The notes under the pieces are model-generated. The model was not told the DNA's origin and searched no databases. It saw only the letters and a list, made by a program, of their open reading frames with translations. From the NCBI GenBank assembly GCA_947627325.1, contig CANQVO010000003.1, forward strand, positions 43,263-107,262: 64,000 nt of DNA, given 5' to 3'. A program made the translations under genes and the position numbers. Below are positions 61,001-63,999 of this stretch, piece by piece (position 1 is the stretch's first letter; every line of letters begins with the position of its first letter). Origin of the DNA: an uncultured Oscillospiraceae bacterium (GTDB lineage: Bacteria > Bacillota > Clostridia > Oscillospirales > Oscillospiraceae).

Positions 61001-63999
61001 TGACCCTGTCGGCGGATAAGATCGCCGCCAACGCCCGGGTCCTGAAGCGGGACGGCCAGGTCATCACCTGGGGCGTCAACGACGAGACGCACCGCGCCTA
61101 CGGCGGCTACGGCACCACCGAGAGCCCCGAGCGGGCGGTGCTGGGCGGCCGCGCCCTGGAGGTCAGCGGCGGCGTGTACAACGCCGTGGCCGTCACCACC
61201 GGCGGCCAGGTGAAGACCTGGGGCGGCGACAACTCCATCGGCGGGTACGACACCCGCTACGCCAACGGCAAGCACGACGTGGAGATCCTGCCCGGGGAGC
61301 AGATGATCGACCGGGACGGCAAGCCGCAGACCGAGAGCCAGCGGCTGCCCTACGTGGACAACTACGGCAATCCCATCTACGTCCGCTATGACGACGAGAC
61401 CGGCGCCATCCTCTCCCAGGCGTACATGAACATGGGCACGGGCCGGTACTACAACGCCACCTCCGACCAGGGCGAGGACCTGGGCACCGCCGAACAGCTG
61501 GCGGAGAAGGGCTACCAGGTCTGGTACAGCGACCAGGAGACCATCGTGCCGGTCACCAACACCACCGGCGAGGCCGTGGTGGTGGAAGACGTGCTGGAGA
61601 ACTACGTCCTGCCCTCCACCTTCACCGCCCTGAGCAAGGGCTATGAGTATGGCCGGGAGGTCATCGGCTTCATCTACTCCGGCGCCACCCAGGCCGCCGA
61701 CAGCGTCACCCAGGCCGCGCCGCTGCCCGAGGCGGGCTATCCCGGCACGGTGACCATCGAGGCCGTGGAGGCCGGCTCCGCCACCGGCGGGGACGACGCC
61801 CTCTACCATAAGTCTGCCCTGCTCTACGGCTATGTGGAGATGTACAGCAAGGACCGCCAGCTCATCGGCTACGCCCCCGCGTCTTACTTCAAGCAGGACG
61901 GCGACAGCCTGGTGGTGGGCGAGGACTCCAACGGCGTGCCCTACACCACCGAGGACCTGGCCGAGGTCCTGCTGTCCCTGAACGATCTGATCGCCGGGTA
62001 TGAGACCCCCGCGGGCTACACCAAGCTCACCCGGCCCATCTATCTTGGAATGCCCGTCACCGCCGACATCTCCACCTACCTCCAGGTGGCCTACAACGAC
62101 GGCAAGCTGTGGAGCGTCGGGCCCTTCCAGTACATGAGAAAGACCACCTCCGCCGACGGCGCCAAGGACCTCTACGGTCCCGCCCTGGGCCAGGGCGGCA
62201 ACCTGGACGAAAACGGCGAGAGCTACGTCTACGCCTACCGCCAGACCGGCGATGGCGGAGAGTACCTGGTGGACGCCGACGGCCAGTATGTCCCCCAGCG
62301 GGACGAGAACGGCTATCCCATCGAGGACAAGACCCTTTGGGGCGTGCCCGGCTGGGTCTCCGCCGGTTCCGCCGGCGTGGCGGGCGCGGCCATCAACGGC
62401 ATCGTGGAGGTGAAGAACTCCGTCTCCGTCACCGACCAGCACTCCATCGTCATGAAGGCCAACGGCTCCCTGTGGGCCTACGGCAAGAACGACAACGGCC
62501 GCATTGGCGACGGCACCTCCACCTCCACCTCCATCCCCGTCCGGGTGGGCGCCAGCTACTTCATCCTGGAGGATTACCTGGTCTCCATCCGGGAGGGCGA
62601 GACCTTCCAGTTCAACGTGGATCCCAAGATCTCCGCCTTCAACGTCCTCAACAGCCTGGAGGAGGACGCCTCCAACCAGGATCTGGCCTGGTTCGTTTGG
62701 GACGCGGAGGAGGACTCCGACTGGAGCCAGCAGGGTCCCGACGAGCTCTACAAGACCTCCTGGAACGACGTGGTCAAGGTGGAGTACGAGACGCTTACCC
62801 CCAGCGAGAGCGCCGCCAAGGGCCTGAAGTACACCCAGAGCGACAAGCGGGCCACCATCACCGGCCTGAAGGCCGGGGTCACCTATGTCCTGATCTCCGT
62901 GGCCAACGACCCGCTGATCGTGGGCGCCTTCCGGGTGGAGGTCCGGCCCGGGGACGAGGTCAGCAGCGTGGCCGCCGACGGCACGCGGAAGGTCATCCAG
63001 GTGGGCGTCAGCGAGACGGCCACGATGGAGGACCGGGTGAGCGTCATGGGCGCGGACAACGCCAAGAGCGAACAGCTCCTGGCCCTGAACCGCCAGCTGG
63101 CGGAGGCCGGGACCTATGTGCCGGTGGAGCGTCAGGGCGACGTCTACGTGCCCGGCGCGGCCCGGGACAGCGAGAGCGCCGATCCGGTGCCCGCCTATCC
63201 CAGCGGCGGGCTCTACCAGGGGATGTACGACGCCTATGACGAGGCCATCCTGACCGCCCAGCACAACACCACCAAGCTGAACGCCGTCTACGGCGACAGC
63301 GTGGCCTATCCCATGGTGAGCAGCGGCACCAACTTCACCGTGGCCCTGGCCGCCGACGGCACCGTGTGGACCTGGGGCGCCAACGACTACGGCCAACTGG
63401 GCCAGGGCGACCTCTTCGGCACCACCGCCGCCCCGCGGCAGGTCATCGCCCAGGTCCGGGCCGACCAGTACGACGGCTTCCCGGCGGGCACTGTCATCCG
63501 CTACGAATACCTCAACAACGTCCGCAAGGTGGTGGCCGCGGGCAACTTCGCCTACGCCTTGAAGAACGACGGCACCGTGTGGGCCTGGGGCCGCAACAGC
63601 TCCGGCCAGCTGGGCCTGGGCGGCGGCTACCAGGAGTACCTGCGCGTGCCCTACGCCACACAGATGCTGGCCGGCGGCCAGGCCGCCGCCACCTACTCCA
63701 GCGTCTACCTCCAGGAGATCGTGGATATCGCCGCCGGCGGCGTTGACGACGCCCACGGCTTCGGCTACTTCATCCAGTCGGTCTACCGCCGGGGCCAGGT
63801 GGAGGACGCGGAGTCCACCACCGGGCTGACCACCAAGTTCTACAACCTCACCGACAACGTCTTCGGCGTGGGCGACAACGCCAGCAACCAGCTGAGCCTG
63901 CTCAGCACCACCAGGACCTTTACCACCCCCGTGTCCATCCGGGTCTCCAGCGGCATCGCCGCCCAGGTGTCCATCGGCACCGCCGCCACCGGCTCCATC
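1..63999 (+). CDS. Internal fragment of one giant multi-domain protein (at least 21,333 codons visible; 5' and 3' ends both outside the window): tandem RCC1-like beta-propellers separated by Ig-like (Big_2-like) and other beta-sandwich domains
   Basis: Frame +1 gives the RCC1 blade signature (hydrophobic-AAG-x2-H-x-[VL]AL-x2-DG-x-[VLI]-[YW]-x-WG-x-N-x2-GQLG) from codon 1 to the last codons. One example is VAIAAGADHAVALTRDGQIYAWGDDSFGELG at 6661-6753. Third codon positions are almost always G/C in this frame. The ORF track reports only ORFs that end in a stop, and it lists no frame-1 + ORF at all, so frame +1 has no stop in 64 kb. Hand translation of segments from every module met no stop and no frame change. 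All four giant minus ORFs are in the same codon register (start coordinate mod 3 = 1), as expected for antisense shadows of a frame +1 gene. Confidence 0.93.
1807..3222 (+). repeat. RCC1-like beta-propeller P2 (seven blades counted)
   Basis: Entry [33 protein letters not shown] (1801-1899). Later blades end YAWGDNSRGQLG (to 2097), YAWGDNSRAQLG, VWGDNRWGQLG, YAMGDYSYGQLG, VMGTNTNGQLG and LAWGKNESGQLG (to 3222). Confidence 0.85.
3223..6468 (+). other. ~1,080 aa non-RCC1 beta-rich array between P2 and P3 (several InlB-B-repeat-like / Ig-like units, ending in a Big_2-like domain)
   Basis: There are no GQLG/WG blade motifs here. Units repeatedly end in an F-x-[IV]-P-...-alternating hydrophobic strand, e.g. 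GIFTIPTLMSQIQIHCSIY (~3960-4020) and GSFIVPTNNLISVQAMGDHADTFIISAEW (~5385-5470). The terminal Big_2-like stretch is LTLTTSNPDVVSVKDYTLTAMGQSGWATVRIYNTVTGRSAMLRVHVLN (6271-6414). Confidence 0.5.
6469..8685 (+). repeat. RCC1-like beta-propeller P3 (seven blades counted, split by a helical insertion)
   Basis: Entry [32 protein letters not shown] (6466-6561). The last blade, [31 protein letters not shown], ends at 8685. The downstream spacer 8686-9279 contains the Ig-like VKVGVTDDSYFEVTDLGGSQYEIRPTQRSDGQKLGLTSVYIDYEF (9007-9141). Confidence 0.85.
7021..7731 (+). other. ~237 aa probably alpha-helical insertion between blades 3 and 4 of P3
   Basis: NLLRVTEPSLFTDLFQTIYQLDPVSDAAELAALSARYQRP...METYILALELYDEMQKYLQETHNTW...WSYEDYQRAKAEYDQRQLDGTW. 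The segment has helix-favouring composition, heptad-like hydrophobic spacing and no blade motifs. The propeller resumes at [32 protein letters not shown] (~7735-7830). Confidence 0.5.
9280..10776 (+). repeat. RCC1-like beta-propeller P4 (seven blades counted)
   Basis: Entry APMVAAGAKHAVALDSLGRVWVWGDNSRGQLG (9277-9372). The last blade, GETFIVFARETGTVFASGDNTAAQLG, ends at 10776. A Big_2-like domain follows: LEFTSLDESIVRLESATDTRVTFATASPIKYGNTYIQVYDRATGRTLLLRVSVVP (11026-11190). Confidence 0.85.
11491..12702 (+). other. ~400 aa mixed alpha/beta insertion inside P5 that carries a Cys4 motif
   Basis: It starts after blade 2 (…REVYVVGG) with LSSITTNLIHTPSEEELTQIHRANFAKVMKLFGNAEQNVLAFYQDESGAW… and ends before ILDVAAGADHLLALTAGGEIYAAGANGHGELG. 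It has no blade motifs and is rich in Y/W/F. Confidence 0.55.
12382..12459 (+). other. Cys4 motif C-x4-C-x14-C-x4-C (possible zinc-ribbon-like knuckle pair)
   Basis: Codon-by-codon read: LLL-C-DYPN-C-GLQYDPSDTITPVI-C-NEPG-C-DKV. The Cys codons are at 12382, 12397, 12442 and 12457. A further WRCQNDH lies at ~12592-12612. Cys is otherwise very rare in this protein. Confidence 0.4.
14113..15975 (+). repeat. RCC1-like beta-propeller P6 (seven blades counted, long loops)
   Basis: Entry [25 protein letters not shown] (14107-14181). Internal blades include [32 protein letters not shown] (~14827-14922) and [32 protein letters not shown] (~15058-15153). One blade loop carries an E/P-rich PAPAPEEEGEPSADT (15301-15345). 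The propeller ends at FSGRNKERQG (15975). A Big_2-like domain follows: VITYTSSDETIAQFEYDAQKGMYCLRPTKEAYGRLIITVNNVHDNYRGDYEVIVLP (16291-16458). Confidence 0.8.
16495..18012 (+). repeat. RCC1-like beta-propeller P7 (seven blades counted)
   Basis: Entry VTVKAAENATIALQANGTVWMWG (16495-16563). Later blades include GFALAASNSGKVYAWGRNDRGQIG, VVAGKDHALALRSDSLVYAWGDNTQGELG, DAGDNYSMVMTRDGRVFTFGDNTYGRLG and NAGPNHAMALSVDAKNELYAWGKNTFGQLG. A Big_2-like domain follows: LWVDSSDPSVAVAEIVPGVEGGIRVTTTGVGTANIYLYNT...YTTIFRVRS (18403-18600). Confidence 0.8.
18682..20133 (+). repeat. RCC1-like beta-propeller P8
   Basis: Entry AVPMVASGLNFTVALKANGTVWFWG (18679-18750). Later blades include LAAGKYHALALTSELLW...[13 protein letters not shown] (~19530-19665) and the last blade, FGENTTVGVQAEGSVWAWGSDTNGALG, which ends at 20133. 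A ~300 aa spacer follows (20134-21030), ending in the Ig-like strands VNIGAGGQVTVVFQDLEHKAQALVMLRVIP (~20806-20895). Confidence 0.8.
21031..22494 (+). repeat. Degenerate RCC1-like propeller P9 (most blades have lost the WG-x-N-x2-GQLG motif)
   Basis: Entry LPKVAAGGDHFLALSSDGAVYSWGGNFRGQLG (~21028-21123), exit LTEAGEIFTSGSNTLGQLG (to 22494). Blades in between keep only the strand cores: VIDLAAGDEASIAVNAKGVAYQWGWSFTMMQ, VAVYYGLSADGHLYQKYEYG and VLVALAADGSVYYQDIAYNG. A Big_2-like domain follows: FVYEVSDERLFTVEPTLDGDLLIKANTNGYYGQGILTVYDTVTRAQGSLSITVRQV (22957-23124). Confidence 0.65.
23173..24375 (+). repeat. RCC1-like beta-propeller P10
   Basis: Entry APKIAAAANYSAALTADGSIWVWG (23170-23241). Blades include [58 protein letters not shown] and [27 protein letters not shown]. 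The last blade, LGDRHGLALRDDGTVYAWGANDHQQLG, ends at 24375. A Big_2-like domain follows: FYTVASSNENVAVAKLTPDGTTVTITPTPGGYGTAVILLKW... (24901-25104). Confidence 0.8.
25168..26499 (+). repeat. RCC1-like beta-propeller P11
   Basis: Entry [32 protein letters not shown] (25165-25260). Blades include VGDTFALALDKNGQVWAWGQNGSGQLG and AAGGAFAGAVDRNGYVYTWGVNTKGQLG. The propeller ends at TDGTVWAVGRGTSGQLG (26499). A Big_2-like domain follows: VVRYTLSDYTIATFIEGTVGSDNQATGGVVKLASTEKKLGSTDLIIAVY... (26794-27000). Confidence 0.8.
27022..28683 (+). repeat. RCC1-like beta-propeller P12 (contains a ~165 aa beta-rich loop insertion at ~27560-28050)
   Basis: Entry TAVAAGVDHSVALAEDGTLWVWGSNRQGQLG (~27022-27114). 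Blades include [81 protein letters not shown] and LGESHGLAVMENKGEVYAWGLNAQGQTG. The propeller ends at AAGSNEGYKLG (28683). A Big_2-like domain follows: VEWVSGDTSVATVDVVNSDTAHKAVMRPVTGHYGLSVIRVTNTVSGHTGSLRLTVTQ (29044-29214). Confidence 0.8.
29242..30732 (+). repeat. RCC1-like beta-propeller P13
   Basis: Entry [32 protein letters not shown] (29239-29334). Blades include [56 protein letters not shown] and AAGTYQSYAVSETGDLYAWGNNDHGELG. The propeller ends at [24 protein letters not shown] (30732). The spacer 30733-31428 contains the Ig-like LRVSLTDPRLGRVEKVANVTDGVDGIVFTPSTDTMGSTMMEISYTAADGATYTMLIHLVVS (31186-31368). Confidence 0.8.
31429..33129 (+). repeat. RCC1-like beta-propeller P14 (zinc-knuckle insertion after blade 1)
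   Basis: Entry [31 protein letters not shown] (31429-31521). Blades include [79 protein letters not shown] and GGKSHAVALTRDGAVYTWGQ. The propeller ends at YAAGTNSEGQTG (33129). A Big_2-like domain follows: FTFFSSDESIVQINYVTDSEGRNVGAKIIPTGQIEGEYYDRFGTATVVVVDRVNKNWGSFKVTV (33565-33762). Confidence 0.8.
31591..31659 (+). other. CxxC-x16-CxH zinc-ribbon-like knuckle inserted in the loop after blade 1 of P14
   Basis: Codon read: EEYFY-C-PV-C-DKPIPASAFDANGHYT-C-A-H-LDG. Cys codons are at 31591, 31600 and 31651, and His is at 31657 (another His at 31642). Confidence 0.45.
34003..34914 (+). other. ~300 aa Ala/Leu/Asp/Thr-rich, probably alpha-helical (possibly coiled-coil-like) segment inside the P15 insertion
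   Basis: Verified codon by codon: DWDTAYEAAETALATWTATESARLSAYNTAKSDLDAMGWAAQRDDLIARIDALANETTAAITQIDQSVTTLNTY...MAEHMAALKTALTTRLAGYQNMRQALANLGDD...YDAVTRIDKLLQGAEID...AADLFNAYKAMNANEYFQKRTTVDDKWTEWMDAKKEADPYRNTMAFYQAMMDLDRV. Long stretches have no Gly or Pro, and there are no blade motifs. Confidence 0.55.
34915..35409 (+). other. Possible BspA-type leucine-rich-repeat (LRR_5-like) patch, followed by an acidic EPEEAEEEPDRES linker (35410-35448)
   Basis: YPGVVAITGLSDEGKAARELVLPTRLTESDYTTVFQ...VVLVDFDENNTGHQFSDGAFTSLTLSGSYQVVRVGAFQNTRMNTLVFQAEIPTSGAILASSFTS...YLTQVEVDNVQLAGGQMKPDALAATGIFSGVHIVAV. The repeated x-AF-x4-L-x2-L/V-x-F/V pattern resembles BspA-like LRRs. This is pattern recognition only. 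Confidence 0.3.
37774..39261 (+). repeat. RCC1-like beta-propeller P16 (carries an ~90 aa loop insertion with an H/C motif)
   Basis: Entry [32 protein letters not shown] (37771-37866). Blades include [105 protein letters not shown] and NHIYVWGNNDHGQLG. The propeller ends at YSFGEGELGELG (39261). A Big_2-like domain follows: LHVKIVDESLLTYAYDRSRTRLTFSAVHPDKFGETMVVLTYDYTDPATGETFHYVYQFPVFVKD (39559-39750). Confidence 0.8.
39778..41571 (+). repeat. RCC1-like beta-propeller P17 (zinc-ribbon insertion after blade 1)
   Basis: Entry [33 protein letters not shown] (39778-39876). Blades include [95 protein letters not shown]...NVYAMGTNLYGEMG and SYAFGINDRGQLG. The propeller ends at GYVWGWGNNATTATGTTILGQLS (41571). 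The spacer 41572-42381 contains a weak Ig-like signature, WAAVMSNPDIARVDVTNNASDNVLIFSEG... (42001-42170). Confidence 0.8.
39952..40026 (+). other. Classical CxxC-x17-CxxC zinc-ribbon motif inserted in the loop after blade 1 of P17
   Basis: Codon read: AAWA-C-PQ-C-GRVYDEAHSFATDDAIP-C-AT-C-GATVTK. Cys codons are at 39952, 39961, 40015 and 40024. It sits between PVQV (blade 1 exit) and [14 protein letters not shown] (blade 2). Confidence 0.6.
42382..43954 (+). repeat. RCC1-like beta-propeller P18
   Basis: Entry TVAGMNFSAMNTTDGNVWVWGDNVYGVLG (42382-42468). Blades include [94 protein letters not shown]...KVYGWGGNNRKQL and AELYTWGDGDLGQLG. The propeller ends at GYIWGWGNNRYLQLG (43954). A Big_2-like domain follows: ITVEVTDPTIAVANNVGGQWVIRSAGRNEYGQTSVVFKAYE...FQVVATSVLQLEIYP (44317-44565). 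Confidence 0.8.
44584..46512 (+). repeat. RCC1-like beta-propeller P19 (long aromatic/His/Cys-containing loops)
   Basis: Entry [32 protein letters not shown] (44581-44676). Blades include [100 protein letters not shown] and GGDSSAAIDAQGHLYVWGDNAYGQLG (to 46218). A degenerate last blade runs to ~46512. The spacer 46513-47313 ends in the Big_2-like FTVISSDESILAVHVKPGTDGYFELRAMPNAFGTVTVMIRENTTQVTRMFSVSVRP (47101-47268). Confidence 0.75.
47314..48711 (+). repeat. RCC1-like beta-propeller P20
   Basis: Entry [32 protein letters not shown] (47311-47406). Blades include [75 protein letters not shown] and TLYGIGSNSQNQLG. The propeller ends at [24 protein letters not shown] (48711). A Big_2-like domain follows: LVFKSLNTRLITFSDSATGLALIHWENVETGMYTYVTVTDINTGYTAQIRVAFVDD (49018-49185). 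Confidence 0.8.
49267..50733 (+). repeat. RCC1-like beta-propeller P21
   Basis: Entry [26 protein letters not shown] (49264-49341). Blades include [83 protein letters not shown] and AGDLFSLALDDSGHVWYWG. The propeller ends at SHMVLMTENGALYAYGSDAYAALG (50733). A Big_2-like domain follows: YQVEILGGENIVSYDPTTGTLTASATATGVVQVVVRDVEHMDANGQYLELGVITLVVN (51031-51204). Confidence 0.8.
51244..52836 (+). repeat. RCC1-like beta-propeller P22 (a ~125 aa insertion precedes the last blade)
   Basis: Entry APMVAAGDDFTMALTADGRIYTWGTTDNGVLG (51241-51336). Blades include [97 protein letters not shown]...NVYAFGYNYLGSLG and [28 protein letters not shown]. The last blade, VSDEHMVMIRDDGFVLTSGRNDHGQIG, ends at 52836. 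A Big_2-like domain follows: FKVSASNPIVDVIQRQDSAGGSLFYIRP...GSTVITITETVTGLSVQFTLNILK (53119-53325). Confidence 0.8.
53371..54504 (+). repeat. RCC1-like beta-propeller P23 (several degenerate blades)
   Basis: Entry [32 protein letters not shown] (53368-53463). Blades include AAGGQHAVAIDKDGKVYTWGRNAY, AAGSAHTLFLTSAGTVYAYGSNSRGQLG and AAGGNVSMAVTQSGLLYLWGQGDVGQQG. The propeller ends at FAMDAKGAIYGWGSNARGALG (54504). Confidence 0.75.
54697..54786 (+). other. Acidic E/P/A-rich low-complexity linker (probably disordered)
   Basis: Codon read: EDLQAPAEEPVEEPAQASEEEMAEEPAAAA. It lies in the P23-P24 spacer (54505-55353). That spacer is the only propeller junction without a recognisable Big_2-like signature. 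Confidence 0.6.
55354..56790 (+). repeat. RCC1-like beta-propeller P24
   Basis: Entry [32 protein letters not shown] (55351-55446). Blades include AAGNNHILALDRGGSVYAWGYNDQSQLG, AAGNRFSVAVDADGFVYTWGANNSGVLG, AAGDRHILALDQYGNVYAWGDNAYGQLG, GFNTSAVIRQDGTVWLFGDQSYG and GYRHMMALGRDGAVYSWGSDNFGQLG. The propeller ends at SAGMYHSVVLMEDGTVYAMGYNNTMQLG (56790). A Big_2-like domain follows: VTLRSLNEEVAVIRTETTADGRNVAVVDVVGFGVGYIVAEYVDPDTGLHYSNAFRVYG (57127-57300). Confidence 0.8.
57355..58842 (+). repeat. RCC1-like beta-propeller P25
   Basis: Entry YPQVGVGENFSVVLRDNGTVWTFGSNYDTATGVG (57352-57453). Blades include [108 protein letters not shown] and LLASGSNAYGQLG. The propeller ends at NYGSVYAWGNNTSGQVG (58842). 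Confidence 0.8.
58843..60414 (+). other. ~520 aa non-RCC1 beta-sandwich array: three ~100 aa InlB-B-repeat-like units plus a terminal Big_2-like domain
   Basis: Verified codon by codon. Unit ends are DRFTMPAEDVTIMVTVVDVAF (~59224-59286), GQFVMGSTDDNQNIQYVIEAEF (~59542-59607) and ATFVMPSDDVELTVKF (~59911-59958), each preceded by an a-x-aGd-x-V-x-V/I-type strand (e.g. IRAGDLVTVTANLGSPAYYIQVTAA). The Big_2-like stretch is LTFISTNERVATVDNNCFLVDG...GLVKAGSETAGYTYIIVSDDRGNVGYFKLGVVP (60133-60366). Confidence 0.45.
60415..62508 (+). repeat. RCC1-like beta-propeller P26, interrupted by a ~385 aa insertion before the last blade
   Basis: Entry [32 protein letters not shown] (60412-60507). Blades include [68 protein letters not shown] and YNAVAVTTGGQVKTWGGDNSIGG (to ~61245). 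The last blade, VTDQHSIVMKANGSLWAYGKNDNGRIG, ends at 62508. A Big_2-like domain follows: VVKVEYETLTPSESAAKGLKYTQSDKRATITGLKAGVTYVLISVANDPLIVGAFRVEVRP (62770-62949). Confidence 0.75.
61246..62400 (+). other. ~385 aa non-RCC1 insertion of unknown fold inside P26
   Basis: YDTRYANGKHDVEILPGEQMIDRDGKPQTESQRLPYVDNYGNPIYVRYDDETGAILSQAYMNMGTGRYYNATSDQGEDLGTAEQLAEKGYQVWYSDQETIVPV...YLGMPVTADISTYLQVAYNDGKLWSVGPFQYMRKTTSADGAKDLYG...YVYAYRQTGDGGEYLVDADGQYVPQRDENGYPIEDKTLWGVPGW. It is Tyr/Gly/Asp-rich, with no blade motif and no family signature that I recognise. Confidence 0.45.
63310..63999 (+). repeat. RCC1-like beta-propeller P27 (partial, cut by the right window edge)
   Basis: Entry [32 protein letters not shown] (63307-63402). 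It continues with [29 protein letters not shown] (~63529-63615), IVDIAAGGVDDAHGFGYFIQSVY... and NVFGVGDNASNQLS. The frame is still open at 63999. Confidence 0.8.

Noticed and set aside
1212-62065. Small minus-strand ORFs of 60-137 aa in the other two antisense frames (e.g. 1212-1499, 8157-8564, 60342-60755)
   Set aside because: They are short, embedded in the giant sense gene, have off-frame composition (Ser/Pro/Trp/Arg-rich) and show no motifs. They are chance ORFs in GC-rich sequence.
6525-63239. Plus-strand ORFs of 60-376 aa in frames +2 and +3 (e.g. 6525-7355, 14891-15994, 37278-38186, 48495-49352, 51519-52472, 62109-63239)
   Set aside because: All lie in frames +2 or +3 and are fully embedded in the frame +1 gene. 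Their translations are Arg/Gly/Pro- or Thr/Pro/Ala/Trp-rich low-complexity strings, typical of off-frame reading of GC-rich coding DNA. None has an independent signal.
20530-63756. Minus-strand ORF of 14,408 aa, the largest ORF in the supplied track
   Set aside because: It is in the same codon register as frame +1, and its stop is the complement of a sense CTA Leu codon at 20530-20532. Its start is simply the first GTG met from the window edge. The translation is a G/A/V/D/H/L/P-rich string with no domain signature, while the opposite strand encodes canonical RCC1 and Big_2 domains with GC3-rich codons. It is an antisense shadow ORF.
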